Source: Gloeobacterales cyanobacterium
GTDB taxonomy: Bacteria > Cyanobacteriota > Cyanobacteriia > Gloeobacterales > PMM-0068
NCBI GenBank assembly: GCA_038245785.1
Contig: JBBRSB010000008.1
Location: forward strand, 32,001-96,000
Direction of reading: 5' to 3'
Length of the DNA: 64,000 nt
Of the stretch, positions 41,507 to 51,301 are shown piece after piece (position 1 is the first letter of the stretch; every line of letters begins with the position of its first letter). A program made the translations under genes and the position numbers. The notes beneath the pieces were generated by a model. That model ran no database searches and was not told the DNA's origin. It saw only the letters and a list, made by a program, of their open reading frames with translations.

Positions 41507-44251
41507 TCAAGGCTTAGTACCCTGATTCAATTTCTGCAAGATATTCTCAAGCTCTTGTTGATAGCGACCATAGTCAGCCCAATTCCCCTGACGTGCTGCG
41601 GTGGTTGCCTTTTGATAAATTTCTAGAGCAGATTGGACGAGGGTGAGAATCTTGCCTGTTACGGGACTGAGCACTTTCTTCTCTGCGGAGACACCCCCAA
41701 AGATCGCAGCCAGGGATTTTTCTAGCGTTTCTTCCATCACCACGGCCTTGTCATAGGAGACAATTACCCGCTTCAGCTCAGGCAGTTCACCCTGTTCAGC
41801 CCGCAGATAGATGGGCTCCACGTACAACAAAGATTCCTGAATTGGAATAACTAACAAATCCCCACGAATGACCTTGGAACCTGCCTGACTCCACAAAGTA
41901 AACTGCTGGGAAATTTGAGTATCCTGGTCAATCCGCGCCTCAATTTGCCGGGGACCATAGACCAGCTTTCGTTTTGAAAACTCATACAACAGCAACTTGC
42001 CATAGTCCTTGCCGTTGGAACGGGCTGCCATCCAGGCAATCATGTTGTCTTTATTCGTAGGTGTAAACGGCAGAATCAAAATAAATCCGGCCTTTGCTTC
42101 CCCCGGCAAACGCATGACCACGTAGTAGGGCTGCATGATCTGCTCACTGCCTTCATAGGTCTGGATTGGGAATCGCCATAAGTCTTCCCGGTTATAAAAC
42201 GCCTCCGGATCCGTCATGTGGTAAGACAAGTACATCTGTGCCTGAATTTTGAAGAGATCAAGGGGGTAGCGAAAATGGGCTTTAACCTCTGTAGGAATGG
42301 CTGCATTAGGTTCAAATAGATGAGGGAATATCTTGCGGTAGGTCGCGAGGATCGGGTCAGTCTCATCGACGACGAAAAACCGTAGGGTGCCGTCATAAGC
42401 ATCGACCAGCACCTTGACGGAGTTACGGATATAGTTGACATCCCCGCGCAGAATTCTTCCGGTATCCTCATCTTTTAGAAGGGCTGCCGCATCCTTGCTT
42501 TGGGCAGCGGGTTCGGAATAGGGGTAGTGATTGCTCACGGTGTAGGCATCGACAATCCACTGGAGTCTGCCGTTGATGACCGTGAGGTAAGGGTCATTAT
42601 CAAACCGTAAAAAGGGTGCGACATGAGCTACCCGTTCCTGAAACTGCCGATAGTAATGGATGCGCGACTGGTCGGTAAAGTAATTGGAGATTAGAATTTG
42701 GATGCTGTTTAGGTCATAGGCATAGGCCAGTCTGTGCCAGAGCGAGGGAAGCAGCACGCCGCCTTTGCCGCTGTATTGGGTAAAAGCATTGGTACCCCCT
42801 AGCGGATAGTCAAATTCTTTAGTGGAAGTACCTGTAAAGATATAGTTATCGGTTTCTTCACCGTAGTAAATGGCGGGCTGACGCACAGACAGACCGCTCC
42901 GGGATACGGGCGGAATATCTTTGATATACAGTTCAGGTAAACCATCGACAGTAATCTGATTGACCGGGCTCATCACCAGACCATAGCCGTGGGTATATTT
43001 CAAGCGCTGGTTGACCCAGGTACGGGCCTCTTGCGGTAGCTGGGAATAGGCCAATTCTCGTGCTGATAGCATCACCTGTTGGTAATCGCCGTTGAGGGTG
43101 TAGCGATCGACATCTACCCCCTTAAATCGGTAGTAGAGACGAATCTCCTGGAGCTGGCGGTAGGTGCTGAGCAGGGGACGGTAGTCCCATAAACGAATGT
43201 TGCGGATAGTCGGCTGGTTTTCCTGCAAAACCTGGCGGTTGAGTTGAGCTTCGGCAGCAAAGCTTTGCCTTTGCACGTCCTTCAACCGATAGGCAGCCTG
43301 GGTAAATTGGATATTGTGTTCGAGATAGGGCTTTTCCTTGGCTAATTCATTGGGGTCAACAATAAATTGCTGCTGAAACCAGGGATAAATGCCGTTGGCC
43401 AGCACCGAGGTAATCAGGAATAACCCAATCCCATAAATGGGTAAAGTAGAATCTCTTTGCAAAATCGAGAAAACAAGCAGGACTGCCACGGCTAACGCGA
43501 GGAAGCTCATCATCTGGTAGGCAAAAAGCTGAGCATGGACATCGGTATAGCCAGCACCAAAGACGACGCCACCGGGAGCGTACAGCATCTGGTAACGTTC
43601 GAGCCAGAATCCCCAGGCAATCAGGGCGCTAATACCTGCCAGCAGCAGGCTCACATGGGTTTTGACTTTGCCCGTCAGGATATTTTCCCAACCCCACTCC
43701 AACGTAATTTTGCCCTTCAGCGCGTAGACCAGAGCAGATAGGGTCAGTCCACAAACGAAGAGAACCAATAGCCAATTCCGAATGTCTTCATAAAGCGGCA
43801 GGCTAAAGATATAAAAGCTAATGTCTTGCTGAAAAATGGGGTCACGGCTACCGAAATCAGTGGGATGCAGATACTTTAAGATAGTCTCCCAGTCTGAGGC
43901 GCTTACCGTTGCGGCAATCAAAGAAATAAGAAAAATTACACCTGAAGCCAGGTAGTTCAAAAACGTCTCAGCATAGGCTCCTAATTTGCTGTCCTCAAAA
44001 AAGCGAAACGTCTCTTCACCAGCCCAGCGCATAGCAATCTGGTAATTTCCCCAGAGAAAAAGGGTATAGAGGCCAAAGGTGACGACCCAGGCAAGAATTT
44101 GCCAGGTCAGTTTAGTCCAAAAGATCTCAGAAAAACTGACCGCATCGAACCACCATGACTCGGTGAGTATATGGACCAGCAATTTAGACAGAGGTAGACC
44201 AATAACCACAATCAGGATTACGAGTGCAGTACCTCTCTGCCAAGCGTTCAT
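41507..44251 (-). CDS. UPF0182-family membrane protein
   Basis: DPIF..DISFY.F.LP, NIRLWD, YTHGYG, NYIRNSVK, VIRGDLLVIP. Confidence 0.93.
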   Translation of the reverse strand: MNAWQRGTALVILIVVIGLPLSKLLVHILTESWWFDAVSFSEIFWTKLTWQILAWVVTFGLYTLFLWGNYQIAMRWAGEETFRFFEDSKLGAYAETFLNYLASGVIFLISLIAATVSASDWETILKYLHPTDFGSRDPIFQQDISFYIFSLPLYEDIRNWLLVLFVCGLTLSALVYALKGKITLEWGWENILTGKVKTHVSLLLAGISALIAWGFWLERYQMLYAPGGVVFGAGYTDVHAQLFAYQMMSFLALAVAVLLVFSILQRDSTLPIYGIGLFLITSVLANGIYPWFQQQFIVDPNELAKEKPYLEHNIQFTQAAYRLKDVQRQSFAAEAQLNRQVLQENQPTIRNIRLWDYRPLLSTYRQLQEIRLYYRFKGVDVDRYTLNGDYQQVMLSARELAYSQLPQEARTWVNQRLKYTHGYGLVMSPVNQITVDGLPELYIKDIPPVSRSGLSVRQPAIYYGEETDNYIFTGTSTKEFDYPLGGTNAFTQYSGKGGVLLPSLWHRLAYAYDLNSIQILISNYFTDQSRIHYYRQFQERVAHVAPFLRFDNDPYLTVINGRLQWIVDAYTVSNHYPYSEPAAQSKDAAALLKDEDTGRILRGDVNYIRNSVKVLVDAYDGTLRFFVVDETDPILATYRKIFPHLFEPNAAIPTEVKAHFRYPLDLFKIQAQMYLSYHMTDPEAFYNREDLWRFPIQTYEGSEQIMQPYYVVMRLPGEAKAGFILILPFTPTNKDNMIAWMAARSNGKDYGKLLLYEFSKRKLVYGPRQIEARIDQDTQISQQFTLWSQAGSKVIRGDLLVIPIQESLLYVEPIYLRAEQGELPELKRVIVSYDKAVVMEETLEKSLAAIFGGVSAEKKVLSPVTGKILTLVQSALEIYQKATTAARQGNWADYGRYQQELENILQKLNQGTKP

Positions 44252-44577
44252 AATTTTAGAGTTAGTTTCTTAGTGCTCTCTTTCTTAAGCTGGTGGCTAG
44301 TGTTCACCCTACTTAGAATGTACCTTCGGAACAAAAATTCAGCTCTTAAAAGGAACAGATCTTGACGGCTATGTAAGGAAATTTAAAATGTCAAAAACAA
44401 CATGGAAATTTTAGGAGCTAAGAGCTAAGATTCATATCACTTTTGAAGCAATTTGAATACAGTTCTGATCCTCTCTATGTTTGTAAGTGTTGAGCACATA
44501 ATATGCGGAGCATGAACAAGAGGAGACAACAGAGGAAAGTCCATACATGGCAGACGTTTGTGCTACAGGAGTAGCCC

Positions 44578-45783
44578 ATGCCAGAAATCATTATCGAAGA
44601 ATTGGAACGAATCCCCATTGATCAGCAACGGATAGAAATAGTGGAACGCAAAGGGCTCGGTCATCCTGATTCGATGTGTGATGCCATGCTGGAGCAGATT
44701 TCTATCGCTCTATGCCGCGAGTATAGGACTACATTCGGTCGCATCCTTCACCACAACATCGATAAAGGACTGCTAGTCGCCGGACGTACTGCGCCACGTC
44801 TGGGTGGGGGCACAGTGCTGGAACCGATGCGGCTCGTGATCGGTGATCGGGCCACGGCTGAATATCAAGGGAAACGCATTGATGTCAATGCCATTGCCGA
44901 GGCAAACGTTAAGGAATGGCTAGGCGAGAACCTCCGCTTCGTGGATCCTGATCGGCATCTGATTATCCAGAACGAACTCAAGGAAGGCGCTCCAGAACTT
45001 ACCGATCTCTTCGAACGCGCGGTAATGGGTGCTAACGATACTTCGGCGGCTGTCGGATATGCACCCTTAACCGAGACGGAGCAGATTGTTCTAGCGACCG
45101 AGCGATATCTGAATGCTCCTGAATTCAAACAACGCTTTCCAGAAGCAGGTGAGGATGTGAAGGTAATGGGGTACCGCCGTGACCGAGAACTGGTGCTAAC
45201 GGTTGCACTAGCCTTTGTCGATCGCTTTATTCCTGATATTCAGACGTATTTTGCGCGGAAAGCAGAGATTCAGCATGCCCTGGAAGCGCACTTAGCAGGA
45301 AAGAAACAGACGTTAGAGAAAGTGACTATCTATCTCAACGCCCTAGACGACCCAGCTCGCGCAGAGGGAGGAATGTACCTGACAGTTCTGGGAACTTCAG
45401 CAGAAGGGGGCGACGGAGGACAAGTCGGACGAGGTAATCGAGTGAATGGGTTGATTGCCCTGAACCGCCCGATGGACACGGAAGCTGCAGCAGGAAAAAA
45501 TCCAGTCAGTCACGTCGGCAAAATTTACTCTGTCCTTACTCATCACCTTGCAGCAGCGCTATCTGTTCAAGTGCCAGGATTGCGTGAGGTATATGTCTGT
45601 CTGGGTAGCCAAATTGGACAACCTATTGACCAGCCGTTAATAGTCTCAGCACAGGTAATGTTACATCCAGGAGTCGCCTTAGCAGATGTCCAATCTACCG
45701 TCACAGCGATTATCGAACATGAGTTGTCAAACATGAGTGCGTTTACAGCACGGTTAGCGCAAGGAGAATTAGCTGTATGGTAA
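44578..45783 (+). CDS. mat: Archaeal-type methionine adenosyltransferase
   Basis: EIVERKGLGHPDS, ANDTS, GEDVKVMG, GQVGRGNR, AAGKNPVSHVGKIY. Confidence 0.92.
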   Translation: MPEIIIEELERIPIDQQRIEIVERKGLGHPDSMCDAMLEQISIALCREYRTTFGRILHHNIDKGLLVAGRTAPRLGGGTVLEPMRLVIGDRATAEYQGKRIDVNAIAEANVKEWLGENLRFVDPDRHLIIQNELKEGAPELTDLFERAVMGANDTSAAVGYAPLTETEQIVLATERYLNAPEFKQRFPEAGEDVKVMGYRRDRELVLTVALAFVDRFIPDIQTYFARKAEIQHALEAHLAGKKQTLEKVTIYLNALDDPARAEGGMYLTVLGTSAEGGDGGQVGRGNRVNGLIALNRPMDTEAAAGKNPVSHVGKIYSVLTHHLAAALSVQVPGLREVYVCLGSQIGQPIDQPLIVSAQVMLHPGVALADVQSTVTAIIEHELSNMSAFTARLAQGELAVW

Positions 45784-45809
45784 GCGTTCATTATCCCAAT
45801 TGCTGCTGC

Positions 45810-45841
45810 CTCACAAGTTGCTCATATTTTTCTCCTACCTT
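45810..45841 (+). promoter_or_regulatory. Shared promoter motif, copy 5
   Basis: CTCACAAGTTGCTCA-N11-TACCTT. Confidence 0.7.
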
Positions 45842-45888
45842 CAAGATAGGGTAAATGCAAAAATCGGCCCGTTGGGGGAACTACTCTG

Positions 45889-46131
45889 ATGAACCAACAA
45901 AGAGTCAATGTCTATCTGAATTTGATTCCAGGGTTGCTGGATTATCCAAAAAGGGAAGAATGGGCCATATTGGGGCAGGACAGGTTGATCAAGCAGCCCC
46001 CTCCTGAACCTATTGAGTTTGATGATGTCGAGCAAGGAGAAAATCAGCCCCCACCTGAACCCATTGAATTTGATGATATTGAACAAGGAGACGATCGGCC
46101 TCCTCCTGAACCCGTCGAATTTGAAGAATGA
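45889..46131 (+). CDS. Small protein with ~2.7 copies of a 17-aa acidic repeat
   Basis: QPPPEPIEFDD(V/I)EQG repeats; many differences between the 51-nt units are synonymous. Confidence 0.7.
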   Translation: MNQQRVNVYLNLIPGLLDYPKREEWAILGQDRLIKQPPPEPIEFDDVEQGENQPPPEPIEFDDIEQGDDRPPPEPVEFEE

Positions 46132-46201
46132 TGTTTAGTTTCAGCGCATTCCGCATTTATCCAAATTTGATGATGAGCGATCGCCCTACACAATAGTAAA
46201 T

Positions 46202-47173
46202 ATGCCAATGTCACCAAAACCAACCGTCCTGGTTACGCGCACATTGCCGGATGCCGTCGAGGAGCGATTGGCGAGGGACTACACGCCTCGATTTAACGAT
46301 GCCGATAAGCTTTACCCGACGGAAGAGTTCCTGACCAAAGCACAGGGAGCCGATGCTCTGCTGATCACCATGAATGATCGTCTGCCCGCCGAGGTGATGG
46401 AGCAATTGCCAGAGAGTGTGCAGGCGATCGCCACCTTTTCAGTTGGCTATGACCATATCGACATAGCAGCAGCAAGAAAGCGGGGAATTGTCGTCACGAA
46501 CACGCCGGATGTGCTGACTGATTCAACGGCGGATGTCACTTTGTTGCTGCTACTAGCGGCTTCTCGTCGCGCCCATGAAGGGGAAACTTTAGTACGCCAG
46601 GGACTCTGGTCAGACCCGCGCCCCACAGAATTACTCGGTATTCAATTGACGGGGAAGCGATTGGGTATCCTGGGTATGGGCCGGATTGGGCGGGCTGTCG
46701 CCCAGCGAGCGCGTGCGTTTGGGATGACTGTTCATTATCATAACCATCGCCGACTCCCCCCAGAAACAGAGTTGGGTGCCATTTTCCATGAACAACCCGA
46801 AGACCTGCTAAGGGTCAGTGAGTTCTTTTCGTTTCATTGTCCTGCGACTCCACAAACCGAGAAATTCCTGAATGCCCAACGAATTGCTCTACTTCCAGAT
46901 GGGGCAGTTGTTATCAATGCAGCGCGCGGTTCTCTGATTGTGGATGATGACCTGATTGCGGCATTGCGCTCTGGCAAGATCGCTGCTGCTGGTTTAGATG
47001 TCTACAATGGTGAGCCCTACATCCACCCTGCTTATCAGACACTGCCTAACACATTTCTCCTCCCTCACATCGGCAGTGCAACGGTAGAAACCCGCACTGA
47101 GATGGGATTTATCGCTTTAGATAATCTGGATGCTGTCTTCGCAGGGAAGCAGCCGCCTAACCTGATTCGCTAG
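46202..47173 (+). CDS. D-2-hydroxyacid dehydrogenase (glyoxylate/hydroxypyruvate reductase type)
   Basis: SVGYDHID, GMGRIG, INAARG, GLDV..EP, LPHIGSAT. Confidence 0.92.
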   Translation: MPMSPKPTVLVTRTLPDAVEERLARDYTPRFNDADKLYPTEEFLTKAQGADALLITMNDRLPAEVMEQLPESVQAIATFSVGYDHIDIAAARKRGIVVTNTPDVLTDSTADVTLLLLLAASRRAHEGETLVRQGLWSDPRPTELLGIQLTGKRLGILGMGRIGRAVAQRARAFGMTVHYHNHRRLPPETELGAIFHEQPEDLLRVSEFFSFHCPATPQTEKFLNAQRIALLPDGAVVINAARGSLIVDDDLIAALRSGKIAAAGLDVYNGEPYIHPAYQTLPNTFLLPHIGSATVETRTEMGFIALDNLDAVFAGKQPPNLIR

Positions 47174-47210
47174 AATATCTTGACAACACGCAGCTTAAAG
47201 ACAGCCCACA

Positions 47211-47873
47211 CTAACGATGGAGATACTGGCCGAACCATAAACTTGCCAGCCGTGCAGCCTCCTCTAGCGTGCCCGGCTCTTCAAAAAGGTGAGTAGCTCC
47301 AGGGACAATGGTGAGTTGTTTGGCGACATGCAGCTGGTCTAAAGCTTCTTGGTTCATCTTGATGATGGGGAGATCATATCCCCCGACAATCAGGAGCGTG
47401 GGAGCCTGGACCCGTGCGAGGGCTGAACCCGCCAGATCAGGTCTTCCTCCCCGCGAGACAATCGCACCAATATCCTTGGGACGTTCTGCAGCGGCGACCA
47501 AAGCGGCACCCGCCCCCGTACTGGCCCCAAAGTAGCCAATCCGGAGATGTTCTGCCTCAGAGTTATGTTTGAGCCAGTCTGTAGCACCCACCAACCGTTC
47601 TGCCAAAAGACCAATATTGAAACGGAGGTGTCTGGTCCATCGCTCCGCAGCCTCTTCGTTTGCGGTAAGCAGATCAATTAACAGAGTGGCTAACCCTGCA
47701 TCAGAGAGCACTTGGGCAACGTAGCGATTGCGGGGACTATGTCGGCTGCTGCCACTGCCATGGGCGAAAAGCACAATTCCCTGAGCTCCTTCGGGCAAGG
47801 TTAGGCTGCCTTCAAGGACAATGTGCCCTGCCAAAACGCGCACTAAGTGTTCTTTTTTCATGGTTGTTGTCAT
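47211..47873 (-). CDS. Dienelactone-hydrolase-like alpha/beta hydrolase
   Basis: FAHGSGSSRHSPRN, GASTG, SRGGRPDLA, HLFEE. Confidence 0.9.
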   Translation of the reverse strand: MTTTMKKEHLVRVLAGHIVLEGSLTLPEGAQGIVLFAHGSGSSRHSPRNRYVAQVLSDAGLATLLIDLLTANEEAAERWTRHLRFNIGLLAERLVGATDWLKHNSEAEHLRIGYFGASTGAGAALVAAAERPKDIGAIVSRGGRPDLAGSALARVQAPTLLIVGGYDLPIIKMNQEALDQLHVAKQLTIVPGATHLFEEPGTLEEAARLASLWFGQYLHR

Positions 47874-47889
47874 GGGGATATCCTCCTTC

Positions 47890-48318
47890 TTAGAAGAGAT
47901 CGTTGATGGACTCAATCTGGGGAGTATGCAGGTCCAGGGTCAGGACCTGATTCACGCCAACAGCCTGCAGCAAATCAGCCACCATTCTGGCTGTAATAGG
48001 CTCACGATGACCATTCCGCTTATCTGCACGGGCATAGCCAAAGTAGGGAATGACCGCCGTAATATGGGCAGCGGCTGCCCGACGACAGGCATCGGCAAGG
48101 GCTAAAAGCTCCATCAAGTGCTCGTCCACAGGCGGAGAAGTTGATTGCACAATGAAGACTTCTTTTCGACGAACTCTCTCCAGAAGACGCACAGAAACTT
48201 CGCTATCAGGAAATCGCTCACAAATACAGGCCCCAAGCTCCACTCCAAGTTCATGAGCAACTTTGGAAGCCAAGTCTGGAGTGGCCGTGCCAGCAAAGAT
48301 AACGAAATCATGCGTCAT
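47890..48318 (-). pseudogene. prs: Ribose-phosphate pyrophosphokinase with a large internal deletion
   Basis: FPDSE, PYFGYARADK and LDLHTPQIE, then directly SINDLF*; PRPP-binding half absent. Confidence 0.8.
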
Positions 48319-48373
48319 CGTGAAATCCCACGGGAGTGTTGTTTTTAGCGGTCTTAATGAACCCTCTGCATGA

Positions 48374-48483
48374 CCCCCCTTAATCCCCCCCACCCTCCGG
48401 GAAGGCTACACCTAGTGGCTAAGGGGGGAAATGGAGATCTGGTTCCCTCCCCTTACCAAAGGGAGGGCTAGGGTGGGGTGGGG
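48374..48483. repeat. Short dispersed C/G-run repeat
   Basis: CCCCCCTTAATCCCCCC...AAGGGGGGA...CCCTCCCCTTACCAAAGGGAGGG. Confidence 0.7.
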
Positions 48484-48505
48484 CAAGACTATTTACAGCT
48501 CAAAC

Positions 48506-49084
48506 TTACTTTTTAGCTAGGGGGATCTTGGCGTACTTGCCCATCAATCTAACGGTGCTCGCTTGAGGCCCCCGCTCACCTTCCTCTTCAACAAAACTGA
48601 CCTCACTACCGATTTCTAGTTCATCAAAAGCGTTGTCGAGGACGCTGTGCTGATGGAAATAAACTTCATAACCATCCAATGTCTCAATGAATCCGTAGCC
48701 CTCGTCTGGGAATAACTTCGCAACGCGTCCCTGGAGTTGTGGAGGTTCGTGTGTTTTGACATCACCCCGTTGGCGGCGAACATAATCCTGTAATTCACGC
48801 TTTGCCGCGTCAAAGGCATCACGGAGGGCTACATAGATATCTTCATGGGCCTGATGTCCTGACGGAGTGCGGTTCACGACTAGTTCCCCACCAGGGACCG
48901 TCAAGTCGATGCGAATGTGATAAAGGTTCCCTTGGTGATGCCGATGAGGAGCCTCGACCGCTACTCGACACCCCATCAATCGGCTATAAAGCTTATTGAG
49001 CTTCTCAGTCTTCTCACGGATTTTTGCTTCAATAGCCACGGACGACGGAACATTACGAAAGGTGATTTGCAAGGGTAATTGCAT
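48506..49084 (-). CDS. HPF/RaiA ribosome-associated protein fused to a cold-shock domain
   Basis: LQITFRN..SS.AIE..IREK...DAFDAA.R.L; GYGFI..EVYFH. Confidence 0.92.
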   Translation of the reverse strand: MQLPLQITFRNVPSSVAIEAKIREKTEKLNKLYSRLMGCRVAVEAPHRHHQGNLYHIRIDLTVPGGELVVNRTPSGHQAHEDIYVALRDAFDAAKRELQDYVRRQRGDVKTHEPPQLQGRVAKLFPDEGYGFIETLDGYEVYFHQHSVLDNAFDELEIGSEVSFVEEEGERGPQASTVRLMGKYAKIPLAKK

Positions 49085-49208
49085 AATCTAGCCTCCCTAA
49101 AACGTTGGGTTGAGGAAAATAGTTTTTGATATCTAAATTGATGAGCTATTTTTCTGTTTTTACTAGACAAAACTTCTAGTTAATTGAGTTTAATTGCGAA
49201 AGGAACCA

Positions 49209-49242
49209 ACAGGAAAGCTAGTTTTCACGCTAGCCTTCCTGT
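49209..49242 (-). terminator. Hairpin downstream of hsp20
   Basis: ACAGGAAAGCTAG / CTAGCCTTCCTGT. Confidence 0.5.
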
Positions 49243-49298
49243 CATGCTAGACTTCCATCTCTTTAGCTATTCCAGGCTTTACCTTAGTAAGTCCAGAA

Positions 49299-49760
49299 TT
49301 AGTGAACACTGACCTTCACGGTTTTGTGCTTCTCTTCCTCCGCCTTCGGTAGGGTGAGGGTAAGAATGCCATCTTTGTATTCAGCATTCACCACGTCATT
49401 CTTAATCCGCGCAGGAAGAGGAATGACCCGCTGGAACCTACCATAGCGGAACTCAGAGTGCACCATGCCTTTTTCTTCCGTCTTGGTTTCAGACTTGCGC
49501 TCACCGCTAATCGAGACCGATTGCTCTGTCACTTCAATATCCAAGTCCTTAGCTTCTAGACCTGGAATCTCCAGCTTAAGATGAATTTCCTCAGGGGTTT
49601 CTTTCATCTCAGCAGAAGGGGTAAATATGAACTTCTCCCCCTCACCCATAGGTCTAAACTGCTCAAACAAGCGGTCCATCTCGTCCCTCAGGCTTTCCAT
49701 TTGCCGACGAGGTTCCCAACGTTCGATTCCTCGGAAGGGTTCCCAACGAGTAATTGCCAT
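49299..49760 (-). CDS. Hsp20 small heat-shock protein
   Basis: EIPG...D..I.V...V.ISGER, EFRYG.F.R.I.LP, A.YKDGIL.L.LPK. Confidence 0.95.
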   Translation of the reverse strand: MAITRWEPFRGIERWEPRRQMESLRDEMDRLFEQFRPMGEGEKFIFTPSAEMKETPEEIHLKLEIPGLEAKDLDIEVTEQSVSISGERKSETKTEEKGMVHSEFRYGRFQRVIPLPARIKNDVVNAEYKDGILTLTLPKAEEEKHKTVKVSVH

Positions 49761-49848
49761 ATGCTTTCTCCTATACGTTCAGTAGAGAGCCATCATCCAG
49801 TTGCCAGGTAATCGTTGAATTTATAGCTGAGGTGGTCCTCTACTTTCG

Positions 49849-49880
49849 AGGTTAGAGAAGGAATATGAGGAACTCGTGAA
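49849..49880 (-). promoter_or_regulatory. Shared promoter motif, copy 6 (hsp20)
   Basis: TTCACGAGTTCCTCA-N11-TAACCT on the minus strand. Confidence 0.75.
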
Positions 49881-49894
49881 GAGGGTTTGCGTCC

Positions 49895-50533
49895 GTGCGC
49901 AACTACTACAAAGATGGTGTGGACACTGCAACGCCGGACGAGACAAATTTTACAATTCATGAGGCGACGACGACATTAGCCTGTTTAGCAAGGTCGTCTG
50001 ACTGCGGTGACTTTTGTACCCGAATTTTAGCGAATCGGGTTTCTCTGTGGTCGATGGATGAGGTCTATCCGTCTGAGGGTTTGCTGCGTTCTCGATATTC
50101 GCGGGTGTTTTGAGCGGACAGATCGGCGCGGACGGTCTGGCGGGCTGTGCAGACTCAGCGGTTAGTTATCAAAGCAATGCAAGATAGGGGTAGGTCTAGC
50201 AGTGGGGTTCGCAAGGCTTTCTTTGAAAATGCGCGATGGTTGGTACTTAATGTGATTTTTATCAAACTGCGTCCTGAGCAGGGTATTGATCTAAATCTGA
50301 GAACTGATGAGGCAAATGCGGTATCGCAACGTACTATAGAATTCGTTGAGGAGCTTTGGACTATATGTGAGGCGAAGGGGTATGTGTCACGGCAAGCTTC
50401 TGCGGGTGGATTTGAGCAAACTCGACATTTTCGTTCTGTCTTCAATAGTGCCGCTGACTGTCAGCAGCTACATGGTACTTTGTTGGCAAAGTTAGCGCAG
50501 GTTCCACCGAAAACCCCAGATTCTGATTCATGA
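49895..50533 (+). pseudogene. 3' remnant of a larger gene, possibly AIPR family
   Basis: Two ORFs in one frame split by TGA 50111-50113 (YSRVF*ADRSARTVWRAVQ); family call from recalled resemblance only. Confidence 0.45.
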
Positions 50534-50561
50534 CCTCAAACAGTAAAATTAGATTTGCACT

Positions 50562-50978
50562 ATGCCAGCCAAAGACATCTTTCATGACTGTGTAAAAGTA
50601 GCCCTCGTTAGAGACGGGTGGCAGATCAGCCATGATCCATACAGCTTAAAGGTTGGCAAAAAGGATCTTTTTATCGATCTTGGAGCAGAGAAATTAATTG
50701 CCGCTGAAAAAGATTCTGTAAAGATTGCCGTTGAAATTAAGAGCTTTGTTAGTCCTTCGGAAATTCAAGATCTAGAAAATGCCTTGGGTCAATATATTCT
50801 TTATCAAAATGTTCTGCAAAGAATAGAGCCTGATCGCATTCTGCATCTGGCAATTAGAGAAGCAGTTTTTCGTAAATTATTTGAGCAGGAAGTTGGGCAA
50901 ATTCTCTTAGAGAACAAAGTTCTTAAACTTTTGACTTTTAACCCTGAAACTGAGGTGATCACCAAATGGATCAGCTAA
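50562..50978 (+). CDS. xisH: XisH-family protein
   Basis: MPAKDIFH..VK.AL..DGW.I..DP, DLGAEK, EIKSF, ALGQY. Confidence 0.93.
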   Translation: MPAKDIFHDCVKVALVRDGWQISHDPYSLKVGKKDLFIDLGAEKLIAAEKDSVKIAVEIKSFVSPSEIQDLENALGQYILYQNVLQRIEPDRILHLAIREAVFRKLFEQEVGQILLENKVLKLLTFNPETEVITKWIS

Positions 50979-51301
50979 ATAGATATCGTCAAATTATCCG
51001 TTCCGCACTGAAATCTTATGCGGATATCAGTTACGCCAACGTGAGTGTTAAAAACCGTTCTGCTTTTGATGTCGAGACTGATCAATACATTATTCTTTCG
51101 GAAGGATGGGATAACGATCAGCATCTTCATGGTGTTTTAATTCATGTTGAGATTATTGATGGTAAGGTCTGGATTCAGTTAGATGGCACAGAGGATGGCA
51201 TTGCCGAAGAGTTGATCCAAGCGGGCATCCCGAAGGAAGACATCGTACTAGGATTCCATGAGCCAGAAGTTCGTAAATATACTGGATTCGCAGTTGCTTA
51301 A
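50966..51301 (+). CDS. xisI: XisI-family protein
   Basis: HVEI.DGKVWIQ.DGTE.GIA.EL...GIPKEDIVLGF. Confidence 0.93.
   Translation: MDQLNRYRQIIRSALKSYADISYANVSVKNRSAFDVETDQYIILSEGWDNDQHLHGVLIHVEIIDGKVWIQLDGTEDGIAEELIQAGIPKEDIVLGFHEPEVRKYTGFAVA

Noticed and set aside
45994..46128. 51-nt tandem repeats as a possible CRISPR array
   Set aside because: No unique spacers, codon-patterned variation, and no cas genes.
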